From Candidatus Harpocratesius repetitus (GTDB taxonomy: Archaea > Asgardarchaeota > Lokiarchaeia > Sigyniarchaeales > Promethearchaeaceae): 64,000 bases of DNA. The first letter of the stretch is position 1. Every line of letters begins with the position of its first letter. The notes beneath the pieces were generated by a model. The model did not search any database. It was not told the origin of the DNA and saw only the letters and a list, made by a program, of their open reading frames with translations. Shown here piece after piece: positions 10,455 through 19,363 of the stretch. The stretch spans positions 2,744,810 through 2,808,809 of the forward strand of contig JAIZWK010000001.1 of assembly GCA_021498095.1 (NCBI GenBank), given 5' to 3'. Made by a program: the position numbers and the translations under genes.

Positions 10455-11435
10455 ATGAATACAGATGGAAGGATTGCATTTTTGGTTGATCTTTTTCATT
10501 CAATTGATATTCGAGAAAAAGGAATTGAATATATTTATGATCTACTCCTTCAAAAACAAAGTGTTGAAGATATTAAAGAATTCATTGATAATAGCGAACT
10601 TAGTTTGAAAAGAACCTATAAAGTAATCCAATTACTTGAAAAACTTGGCTTAATTCAAGTTTATAATCGACCAATGATTGTAAATATAAAGGATCCTATA
10701 TCATCATGGGAAATTTTAATTTCAGAAAAAATAAAACAGATTAGAACAGAAGCAGATCGAAGAATAGAAAATTGTGAGATTTGTTTTCATAATTTTGTTG
10801 ATGAATATAAATTAAATCCAGAAAGTATATCAGTTCCACCTGTTGAATTTATAAATATAAATCCTAATGATTACTCTCCAGATTTTTTCAAAAATGAAAT
10901 TATCGGTAAAGCTAAATCTTTTTGTATTGCAAAAGGTGATATAATAAAGACTTCTTTTAATGAAAAATTAAAATTATTAATTAAAAATATATCAGTTTCT
11001 GATTTAGAATCACAAAATACATTTCTTTCATATTGTAAAGAATGGAAAGAAGCAATTCCTTCCCTTACTTTAGAAGTTTTAATAACTGAAGAATATTTGC
11101 ATAATAAATTAGAGATATTCAAAGAAAAAGAGATTTCTTTTATTGAAGATTTAGTAAAAAGCGAAATTAAATTTGATTCAATTAAAATAAAAGTCACAAA
11201 AAATGTCCTAACTAATTTTCTATTAAAAAACAATAATGAATTAATTCAGTACTCCACCTCTCCAGATAATGCCCTAATTGGTCTTTTTATTTCAAGACAA
11301 CATGAGATTTGTGAGATCTTTACTAAAAAATATACTTATGAATTTGATAATGCTATTAATTTGGATAGTTATTATATTAAAAACTTTAATCGTTCTCTCA
11401 CAATTTTTGAAATCTTCTATTTGACTTTAATATAA
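10455..11435 (+). CDS. Hypothetical protein with N-terminal winged-helix (TrmB/MarR-like) domain, co-transcribed with the Rab-like GTPase
   Basis: The gap to the GTPase stop is 11 bp and a GAGGGG SD sits 6 nt before the ATG. The N-terminal ~70 aa have the pattern IEYIYDLLLQKQSVEDIKEF...LKRTYKVIQLLEKLGLIQV, typical of wHTH regulators. The remaining ~250 aa are unassigned. Confidence 0.4.
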   Translation: MNTDGRIAFLVDLFHSIDIREKGIEYIYDLLLQKQSVEDIKEFIDNSELSLKRTYKVIQLLEKLGLIQVYNRPMIVNIKDPISSWEILISEKIKQIRTEADRRIENCEICFHNFVDEYKLNPESISVPPVEFININPNDYSPDFFKNEIIGKAKSFCIAKGDIIKTSFNEKLKLLIKNISVSDLESQNTFLSYCKEWKEAIPSLTLEVLITEEYLHNKLEIFKEKEISFIEDLVKSEIKFDSIKIKVTKNVLTNFLLKNNNELIQYSTSPDNALIGLFISRQHEICEIFTKKYTYEFDNAINLDSYYIKNFNRSLTIFEIFYLTLI

Positions 11436-11692
11436 CAACAAATTATTATATCTCTTATGACCACAATTCTGATTTCTATGAACTTCAAATCAACTAAGCA
11501 AATACATATTGGATATGAATTAGATATTTCACTTTTTGACATTAAAAAATACCATCGAAATTACCTTCAAAAGATTATTTGAATGGATTATTTATATACA
11601 AAAAAGGGCAAATATTCCCAATTGGATTCAACCTGCAATACATTTTAAAAACGGCGGAAGAAAATACTTTAGTTATGAAGTTTCGCAAGCTT

Positions 11693-12019
11693 TCAATAAT
11701 CCAAATTTTCAAAATAACTTCCTGCCCATATTCCAATAATAATTGCAAAGTCACCGTACCGATCTAAAGTAGAATCCAAAAATGCGCCAAATTTTGTTGG
11801 ACCTTGTAATCTTGCTATAATACCATCTAATTGGTCAAAGAATTCAATAAAAAGAAGTGCAATAATTGTAATTATTAGATTATTTAAATAATATCCAATC
11901 CCTGTAATGATTGAAAATAAGCAGCTCATAATTGTAAAATAATTTGCAGGAATTTTTTGGAATTTTCTACCAATTGGAGAGAGGAGTTTGCTCGAATACC
12001 GTTTCATTTGAAAAAGCAT
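11693..12019 (-). pseudogene. CDP-alcohol phosphatidyltransferase family gene, apparently truncated after the catalytic motif
   Basis: The motif DQLDGIIARLQGPTKFGAFLDSTLDRYGD matches D-x2-DG-x2-AR-x8-G-x3-D-x3-D exactly. The ORF is only 108 aa and stops 18 aa after the motif, whereas family members usually carry 2-3 more TM helices. There is an upstream in-frame stop 9 codons before the ATG. Confidence 0.4.
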
Positions 12020-12110
12020 AGAATAATCAACTAAATTTATTTTATTTTATATTAAAAAAACTTGAAAATTTTGAAAATTTAATTAATAAAAAAAGGATTC
12101 AATTAAATGA

Positions 12111-12419
12111 GGGTATTTTAAATTTCAAAGATTCGAATTTTCTCATTTCATCATCTTAATTCTCCCGACTCAAATCTAAAATATCCTTCCTTATTTTTTG
12201 TCGATTTTATCGACGTACCAAATTCAAGGTATGAAAATCAATAATTTTAATAAAATCGACTTCAGATTGAAGAATTTATAAACAGGATGGTATATTTTTA
12301 ACAAATTCTTTGAAAAAATCGAGTTCGACAAAAAAAGAATTGCGATATTTCAAATTTAAGTCGGATATATGTAAATGATATTCAAAAAAGCGTTTAAATT
12401 AAAAAAGATAAAACATCCT
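12111..12419. repeat. Copy A of a ~309-bp noncoding repeat; inverted partner at 54661-54969
   Basis: By manual alignment to the reverse complement of 54661-54969, about 89% of positions are identical with no large indels. There is a perfectly conserved 40-bp core TTGAAAAAATCGAGTTCGACAAAAAAAGAATTGCGATATTTCA. No ORF spans it. Confidence 0.8.
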
Positions 12420-12456
12420 CAAATAAATAATTCAATTTTTATTTTGATTAAAAGAA

Positions 12457-12872
12457 TTAAACATTTTCACCAAAAATCTGTATATAGATTTTTCTTGCAC
12501 GAGGTCCATCAAATTCACAGAAAAATATACCTTGCCAAGATCCAAGGACTAATTCACCATTTTCAATTGGAATATCTAGGGAACTACCAAATAAAGTGGA
12601 TTTAAAATGAGCATCTGAGTTTCCTTCAACATTTAGTAATTGTTTGTGAGGAATAAGTGGCTGTAAAATTGTTTTTATATCACGTAACACGTCGGGGTTT
12701 GCATTCTGAATAATAGAAACAGAAGCAGTAGTATGAGGACAAAAAATCTTTGCAAATCCTGTTTTAACATTGGTTTTTTTTAAAATCTTTTTTATTTTTT
12801 GAGTTATTTGAACAAATTCTTCACGTCTGTTTGTTTTTAAGGAAAAATTATATGTTTCTAAAAACGTTTTCT
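12457..12872 (-). pseudogene. YjbQ/UPF0047-family gene with an apparent 5' frameshift
   Basis: The family signature is present (PHTTASVSIIQNANPDV...DAHFKSTLFGSSLDIPIENGELVLGSWQGIFFCEFDGPRARK). The homologous frame extends upstream of the listed GTG start (12690) through KTFLETYNFSLKTNRREEFVQITQKIKKIL. It then has no ATG/GTG/TTG start. A candidate ATG GAG GCT AAA GAA AAC (12872-12855) sits in the +1 frame and terminates after 11 codons. This is consistent with a 1-nt indel in the AAAGAAAAC run. Confidence 0.45.
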
Positions 12873-13146
12873 TTAGCCTCCATTATTTTTTCACAAGAAC
12901 ATTTCGGCATATAACTTTAAAAATTTTCCAAATACAACGGGAAACAAGCTAATGAAAGCTTCATAAAAGAAAAATATAATCCTTTTTGTAAAGTTATCTA
13001 TAATGCGGGAAAACTTTGCTATAACTTCTCAATAAACTTAAATTAATATAAATAATTAAAATTCGACTGGACTTTGATTCTTGATTACTCTCATCCGAAA
13101 ACATTTAAGATAAAGATGTTTGATTTATATATATTAAAAGAAATAT

Positions 13147-13404
13147 TTGGTGATAAAAATTCCCGAAGCAACCAGAAAATGTCCATATTGCGGTAAAATA
13201 TTAACGGAACGCCCATACTGGCGCCATGTTGAAAAAACACATCCAAAAGAATATGCGAGTGACAAACAAACTTGGATCCAATTGTATAAAGACTATACAA
13301 ATATGGGGATGAATGAAAGTACCACAATTACAGTTATTTCTGAAATCTTCAATAAAGATGAAGATACAATTAGAAGTTTTTTGAAAAATCATAACGTATT
13401 ATAA
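13147..13404 (+). CDS. Small C2H2-type zinc-finger protein
   Basis: The motif C-x2-C-x11-H-x4-H (CPYCGKILTERPYWRHVEKTH) is in the first 31 residues. The protein is 85 aa with a GTG/TTG start. Confidence 0.4.
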   Translation: MVIKIPEATRKCPYCGKILTERPYWRHVEKTHPKEYASDKQTWIQLYKDYTNMGMNESTTITVISEIFNKDEDTIRSFLKNHNVL

Positions 13405-13421
13405 ATTTATCTCTCTCTCGA

Positions 13422-15044
13422 TTAATCATCATTTAAAAGATCCTCTAGTGTATCCAGAAGATCTTCATCTTCTTTTTCCTTTTCCTTTCTATTTCTGGTT
13501 TCTTTTGTTTTTGAAGATGAGTACTTTGAATTTTGACTTTTTATTATTTTTTTATTGGTTAAAAATTGCTTATCTCCAGAGTAAATCATAGGTCCTTGAA
13601 CAGTAAAGTCAATACTTGATTTGCACTCCATTAAAAAGTGGAGAAGTTCATCAATCGGAATATCAAGTATCTTTGAAATTTCATTTTTTGATATTTGTCC
13701 TTTTTCTGCTAAAAGTCGCTTAAAAATCTCTTTTTTTGAAAAGATTTCTTGTTTATCCAAATCTTGTTCATTTTTTGGTATTTCATCTTGAAAAGGATCA
13801 AATGTTGAAGAAGCTTCAACTTGTTTAGATGAATCTGCAGTAGATGATTGAAGGGAATTTTGAACTAATATAATACGATTTAGTAATGTCGAAAATATAT
13901 CTATTTTATTACGAATTTGTGAAAAGTTTTGATTAAAAGGTATAATTTTAGTTTTAGCTCCTAAAATATCACCTTTCTCTAAAGATTCTTCGATTTTGTG
14001 CAATTCTAAATAAAGATCTCTATTTTCTTCAATACGATTTTGAAATTCATCAAGATTGATGTCATCATGTGTTACACCCATTGCCTGTAATTTTTGTTTA
14101 TGCTCTTTTAATTTCTTTAGAGCAGCCTCAAATTGAAAATTGCTACACATTTGGTTAATTTCTTGGAAAATTTGTGGTATTTTTTCCGTTTCAAGAGAAA
14201 TTTTATGATTAATTTTATCTAATTTTTCAATTATTTCTTGTTTTTGGCTTAATGAGAACAATAAGGGATTTTCTTGAACGATTTTGTATGCTTTTAGGAG
14301 TTCTTCACGACCTTGCTGAATTGATTCAGGAGTATTTTCTTTTAAGATTTTTTCTGCATTAGTATAATATCGTTTAAATTTTATTTCTTTGCTTTTTAAA
14401 TCTAGATTCTTCTTTGTAGAACTCCACATGCTTAAATTCTTAGTATCTTCTATATTTAGACTCGGAATTCCATGATCTTCCATAAATTTTGTTATTTTCG
14501 AAAATACTATCTTATAATCATTTTTTATTTCAGGATGAATTGCATCTTGTCGAGTTTGATCTTCTTCTAATTCTTGGAATTGCATGTCTAATTGATTATG
14601 AATTTGCTGAATTTGAATAATTGGTATATTTTTTAAGTCAATTGAGAAATAAGATCTATATTTTTCAACAATTTCTAAACTTCTGGCAATTTTACGTTCT
14701 AATATATGAATTTTTTGAGACCAATTATGTAATCCAGATTGATTTACAATCGTTTTTGCAAAACCAATTAAATTTAATGCCAATTCGAAATTTTTCGTTA
14801 AATAGAGTTCTTCACATTCTGAGAATATTAACAAAACTTCTTCTTCTCGCAATTTTCTTATTTTAGTAAATAGATTCATAATATACTCAATATGCTGGGC
14901 ATCTCTTTCTGTGTAATTCTCAGTATTTTCATGAACTAAAAGTAGATTTTTTTTAAGAATTTCCTTAATTTTACTAATATCCATAGTTTTTTGAGCTTTC
15001 ATAAATGCAGCGTTATAGATTGATTTTTTCCCGATATTTCTCAC
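13422..15044 (-). CDS. Hypothetical alpha-helical repeat protein with C-terminal winged helix and acidic tail (PCI-like architecture)
   Basis: 540 aa, largely helical and TPR-like. There is a C-terminal segment KGQISKNEISKILDIPIDELLHFLMECKSSIDFTVQGPMIYS resembling a winged helix, then an EKEDEDLLDTLEDLLNDD tail. Confidence 0.45.
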   Translation of the reverse strand: MRNIGKKSIYNAAFMKAQKTMDISKIKEILKKNLLLVHENTENYTERDAQHIEYIMNLFTKIRKLREEEVLLIFSECEELYLTKNFELALNLIGFAKTIVNQSGLHNWSQKIHILERKIARSLEIVEKYRSYFSIDLKNIPIIQIQQIHNQLDMQFQELEEDQTRQDAIHPEIKNDYKIVFSKITKFMEDHGIPSLNIEDTKNLSMWSSTKKNLDLKSKEIKFKRYYTNAEKILKENTPESIQQGREELLKAYKIVQENPLLFSLSQKQEIIEKLDKINHKISLETEKIPQIFQEINQMCSNFQFEAALKKLKEHKQKLQAMGVTHDDINLDEFQNRIEENRDLYLELHKIEESLEKGDILGAKTKIIPFNQNFSQIRNKIDIFSTLLNRIILVQNSLQSSTADSSKQVEASSTFDPFQDEIPKNEQDLDKQEIFSKKEIFKRLLAEKGQISKNEISKILDIPIDELLHFLMECKSSIDFTVQGPMIYSGDKQFLTNKKIIKSQNSKYSSSKTKETRNRKEKEKEDEDLLDTLEDLLNDD

Positions 15045-15200
15045 CCAGCTTAGTATTATTTGTTAAATAAAAATAGTATAATTTCCAATCTTCACATTAT
15101 CATTGGCTTGTGTGGGTAAAAAATTTTAGTTAATGTTATTTGTTTCAAATCCAATTTTTTTTTTTCATTTTTAAAGCAATATTTAATTAGTTATGAATTC

Positions 15201-16214
15201 TTGAATAGAAATAGGAAAGGAAAAGTGATTCAGATGATTAAAGGACTAATACTGTTTTCTGTTCAAATACCAGCATCCAATGATCAAAATAAGAACGAAA
15301 TACAAGGCTCAAAGGGAGAAAACTATTCTAATTCATCTCGTGTTCTACCGAATTGGTCCATTTTAGCTAAGTTCATCCCTGAAAAAGAAGATGAACCCCA
15401 ACATGAAACAGTAAACGAAATAATGATTCGTTATTTTTCTTCGAATGATAATTCAACTTTGAATATCCGTCTTTTTCCATTCAAATATTTCATTCAACCA
15501 ATTAAGGAAGATCGTTCTATTTTATTAGTTTATCTTTTAGATGCGAAAGAATCTTTAGAAATTGCTCAAATTTATTCTGAAGAAACAATAAAAAATCTTG
15601 AGATGCAAATCAATGGAAATTCTGAATTAAACGAGAGTCTTGAAGAAATTTTTACATATAGAAATAAAATTTTGATGAAATTAGAAAAAGAAGGCGTTTT
15701 ACAAGAAGAAATCGGTCATTCTGCAAATAGATTAATTGATAGTGGTAAATTTGATGAAGCTCAAGATTTAATCAAACTTGCAAAAACAATTCCTGAAAAA
15801 ATGGTTTCTACTTATCTTAAAAGCAAGTTAATAGCGAAAGAGCATAGTTATAGACAAGCACGAAAATTATTGGGTGATTGCTTAAGTTTAGCACAAAAAA
15901 TTGAAGATGATGGAATAATACAATATTTAAATAAGAAGATTGAAATTTTTACCCAAATTCCGCAATATGAAAAAGATGTTCGTTCGTTAATTTCGTCATT
16001 TTCTAAGGAACTATCCAAATCAATAAACTTACCTTCTTATCAAAGACAAGTATATAAATTGGACAAAACTCTTGATTTACTTGATAAATTAGAAGAAGAT
16101 GAATTGATCGAAAAGATTATGGAACTTTCTAATACTTTAATATTAGCAGGAAAATTAGTTTTCGATCTTAAATCATTGGATAAAAAAATTAAAAATATTA
16201 TTTCTGAATTATAA
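15201..16214 (+). CDS. Hypothetical alpha-helical protein
   Basis: 337-aa ORF in a distinct intergenic context. It has no recognisable motif. Confidence 0.4.
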   Translation: MNRNRKGKVIQMIKGLILFSVQIPASNDQNKNEIQGSKGENYSNSSRVLPNWSILAKFIPEKEDEPQHETVNEIMIRYFSSNDNSTLNIRLFPFKYFIQPIKEDRSILLVYLLDAKESLEIAQIYSEETIKNLEMQINGNSELNESLEEIFTYRNKILMKLEKEGVLQEEIGHSANRLIDSGKFDEAQDLIKLAKTIPEKMVSTYLKSKLIAKEHSYRQARKLLGDCLSLAQKIEDDGIIQYLNKKIEIFTQIPQYEKDVRSLISSFSKELSKSINLPSYQRQVYKLDKTLDLLDKLEEDELIEKIMELSNTLILAGKLVFDLKSLDKKIKNIISEL

Positions 16215-16427
16215 ATTAAACTTTTCACACTATATCATAGCTTTTTGAAAACATACATTAATTCTGCTCTTTTTTCACTTGATTTTTCTTAATATATTTT
16301 ATCCAATTTATCTTTTGAAATGATTTTTTACTTTTATTAATATGTAAAAGAAAAAAGAAATAAATACATTCAATATAATTGTGTTATATTTTAATTTTTT
16401 TTAATTATTGATTTAACTTTAATTATC

Positions 16428-17285
16428 TCAATACTGTACAAAGGCAGTATAAGGAATAACTTGTAATTCAATCAAACCAACTTGCACAAAAATTATTGTA
16501 ATTATCGCGAATACTAAAAATTGAGCAAGAGTTCTCACCCAAGTGCGCTTTATTCTCGGACCTACGAAATAGAGAATTCCATTAATAAAATAGAGTAAAG
16601 CAATAACAATGATATATTCCAAACCGTAAAAGACAAACGGCATATTATTTATTTGATTTGTACTTATCATTCCTAATTCATTACCAGGTGCCCAATATGG
16701 CCATTTCTGTAGAAATATTCTTGCTAATATAAATAACAACCAAGTAAAAAGAATTGTTGGAGTAATCTTTTTAAAATTGATATTTTCATTATTCTTATTC
16801 AAAGCATTATAATTATAAATTCCCATAATGATTCCACATAAATGATTCAAATCGTATATAATCTGGAGTATATATGAATGGTAATAAAATATATCCCACG
16901 TAAAGATATCAGAAGCCACAAATGGATTAATAGTGCTGAAAGCAGATATTACAGGAAATGCCATTGTTGCTACTGAGCCTTGTCTTAACCATTTATTACC
17001 TGTAATTAGTGCTAAATATGAGATTGTTCCCGTCCAATAGCAAATATAGACTAGATTATGCAGGTTATTTGTAGAATAATATACTCTTTCTCCGTTAATT
17101 ATATCCCATTGCATATCTCCAAAAATATTAAAGTCAAAATGTTGATTTGCGCCAGAATATCCGTAATGTAGCCATTCAAAATGCCAACCATCGAAGAAAA
17201 GATAAAATAGGAATATAAAAATATAAATTCCCATAAAGAAATATCCCCAATGCCGCTCTCGTTTATTTTCATTTAATTTAATCAT
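16428..17285 (-). CDS. Polytopic membrane protein, unknown function
   Basis: 285 aa, aromatic-rich (W/Y/F) with at least 6 hydrophobic helices. Confidence 0.45.
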   Translation of the reverse strand: MIKLNENKRERHWGYFFMGIYIFIFLFYLFFDGWHFEWLHYGYSGANQHFDFNIFGDMQWDIINGERVYYSTNNLHNLVYICYWTGTISYLALITGNKWLRQGSVATMAFPVISAFSTINPFVASDIFTWDIFYYHSYILQIIYDLNHLCGIIMGIYNYNALNKNNENINFKKITPTILFTWLLFILARIFLQKWPYWAPGNELGMISTNQINNMPFVFYGLEYIIVIALLYFINGILYFVGPRIKRTWVRTLAQFLVFAIITIIFVQVGLIELQVIPYTAFVQY

Positions 17286-17622
17286 TTTTTATTACTTTCC
17301 GTTCTATATTTTTAAAATTTCACGAAAATAATCATGATTCTCTTCTCAATTTCTTTGATAGTAATGATACCAAAAACATCGTATTATATAAGTGGTATAT
17401 TTTCCCACAAAAGAAATTTTCAATTATTTTTTTTTATTCAAAAGATCATTTATACTTTCTGAATATTGATAAATTATGAATAAGCTAAATTGAAAACTTA
17501 TCTTTTCGAAAATTCTTGTAGATCTAGGTCAATATCATTATGAGAATTATAGGAAATTTTTCATTCAACATCTAATTCGAATTTTATAAAATATTCTACT
17601 TTTTAAAAGTTTCTCGTTGAGG

Positions 17623-17904
17623 TTAATTCTCTTTTATTCTTTTGAAAATTCGCTCAGCTCTTTTTAAATCATGTACGATTTCTTCATCAGATTGCGATGG
17701 GGGGTTGATTTTCTCCGCTTCAAGATATTCCATCATCTGATAAATAGTTACTTTGGCTTGATAAGCTGCTTCTTGCAAACTAACTGTGCCTTTTCGGTAA
17801 TGATTTGCCATTTTTTTCATATTATATTGTTCTATTTGAGCAAGTAAAAATTTCCTGATTAAATTATACCGATCCATTTGCTCCTCTTCTGCAATTTGAT
17901 TCAA
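17623..17904 (-). CDS. UPF0175-like small helix-turn-helix protein (predicted antitoxin-like)
   Basis: 93 aa. Its start overlaps the upstream gene's stop by 4 nt (ATGA). It has the YRKGTVSLQEAAYQAKVTIYQMMEYLEAEKI pattern. Confidence 0.4.
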   Translation of the reverse strand: MNQIAEEEQMDRYNLIRKFLLAQIEQYNMKKMANHYRKGTVSLQEAAYQAKVTIYQMMEYLEAEKINPPSQSDEEIVHDLKRAERIFKRIKEN

Positions 17905-18539
17905 TTATTATAATAAATTCTTAATAATAGTTTTACTTGTTTTTTTATGGATAATTTGTTCCAATCATCAAGATCAAGATTGAAATCTGTAAAAAGCTTT
18001 TCGTTAAGTAATTTGTAATATTCATATTCTATTTTACGCTCCTTTTCAACTACTTTATCGATAAATCCAATAGGTAAAAATATCTCATCATTTTTTTTTT
18101 GAGGAAAAACTCGAAATAAGGAATTAATAATGTTACATGAATCATACATATTTTGTAATTGAACAGAATCTTCTAAAATACAATAAATAAAGGGAAAAAA
18201 GCGGCACTGGTCTGAACGCGCAGGATATATGTCGCAATTTCTCGTCTGTGAATTATAAAATGGGCAACCATGTTTTTTTTGCATGCGAATAGAAAACACA
18301 GGAATAAATTTTGAGATTCCAGTTAATTGAAAATTTTCATCTCGAATATGATATTCATATTCAATTATTTTTAGATATTTTGAAATGAGTAATTTGGGTT
18401 TTATTTGTAAGTAATTGAGTAAACGATGAAAATCATGTGGAAATATTAGCACATCTCCCTCTTGTGAAGCGGTGCAGCATTTTCCACAATTATTGCATTT
18501 TTTCATTAATTCTTTACCCACTTGATGAACATTTTCCAT
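17901..18539 (-). CDS. YkgJ/UPF0153 family Fe-S or zinc-chelating protein (CxxCxxCC motif)
   Basis: N-terminal CNNCGKCC plus downstream conserved Cys residues (HGCPF...NCDIYPARSDQCRFFPF). Confidence 0.55.
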   Translation of the reverse strand: MENVHQVGKELMKKCNNCGKCCTASQEGDVLIFPHDFHRLLNYLQIKPKLLISKYLKIIEYEYHIRDENFQLTGISKFIPVFSIRMQKKHGCPFYNSQTRNCDIYPARSDQCRFFPFIYCILEDSVQLQNMYDSCNIINSLFRVFPQKKNDEIFLPIGFIDKVVEKERKIEYEYYKLLNEKLFTDFNLDLDDWNKLSIKKQVKLLLRIYYNN

Positions 18540-18794
18540 AATAATCTCACTTAATTTAAAGATAGAAAAACTTTTATCAATTTATATCTTCTTGTTCAAA
18601 AACAAACGATCTAATTAAATAGAGTTCAATTATAGAATTTGAATAAAAATCTTATATTTAATATCAAACATTCTAAATCTTTTAAATCTAAACCATAGAG
18701 ATCAACTAAATTGCTATTTCGATAAAATGTTAAAAATAATAAAATTGTCCAAATGAATGAAAATGCTCCTGAAGTGGCTTTTCAAGCTGCTGTT

Positions 18795-18838
18795 GAAATT
18801 CTACAGAAATTCTACAGAAATTCTACAGAAATTCTTGA
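18795..18838. repeat. 11-bp tandem repeat (GAAATTCTACA) x about 4
   Basis: Seen directly in intergenic DNA. Confidence 0.8.
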
Positions 18839-18906
18839 GATATTTCTTTATTTCTAAAACTGAAAAAGAAGAAAAAGAAAAAATTTGTTATAAAATTCTG
18901 TTCCAA

Positions 18907-19098
18907 TTAATTTCCTAACTTGGAGATAGAATTTTTGCATGTAAAATCTTCAAAACAACTTTTATGATACCATTTGTCAGATCTTGCATGGTAAAAAAGA
19001 TATTCACCTTCTATTTTTCTGCAGATTGCACATGGTTCTAGTTTTTTTATTGTAATTTTGTTTTGTGGATTGTTTGTGGAAATTGATTCTTCAGTCAT
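18907..19098 (-). CDS. Small Cys-rich (zinc-ribbon-like) protein
   Basis: 63 aa with CAICRK...YHKSCFEDFTC. Confidence 0.3.
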   Translation of the reverse strand: MTEESISTNNPQNKITIKKLEPCAICRKIEGEYLFYHARSDKWYHKSCFEDFTCKNSISKLGN

Positions 19099-19363
19099 TC
19101 AATAATCCCCTCATGAAAATTTGTCGGCAGTTGTTGGGATTTCCAACAAATCGCTGATATTCTAAGTAGATCGTTCCCAAATAAAAGAATTTCGTTCCAA
19201 AAATATTTAAGGAATGAGAATATTCATGTTAAAGAGTAAACAAACAATTTCGACAAAAATCATGATTTGATTCCTTTTTATGTAATCCTAAAAATAATCC
19301 AGTATCCAAAAACTCTTCACACTTGATCTATAAAAAATTATCATTATCATTATCAAATTCTAA

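Noticed and set aside
11536-11767. Plus-strand ORFs 11536-11739 and 11579-11767 downstream of the truncated CDP-OH transferase
   Set aside because: They have no motifs and overlap each other. One frame might be a frameshifted continuation of the transferase, but its sequence is not convincingly TM-like.
12145-12165. C-box-like GATGATGA on the minus strand inside repeat copy A (possible C/D box sRNA)
   Set aside because: There is no D box (CUGA) at an appropriate distance, and the motif is not conserved in copy B.
12375-12605. ORF 12375-12605 (+)
   Set aside because: It overlaps repeat copy A and the YjbQ gene on the opposite strand, and its translation is low-complexity.
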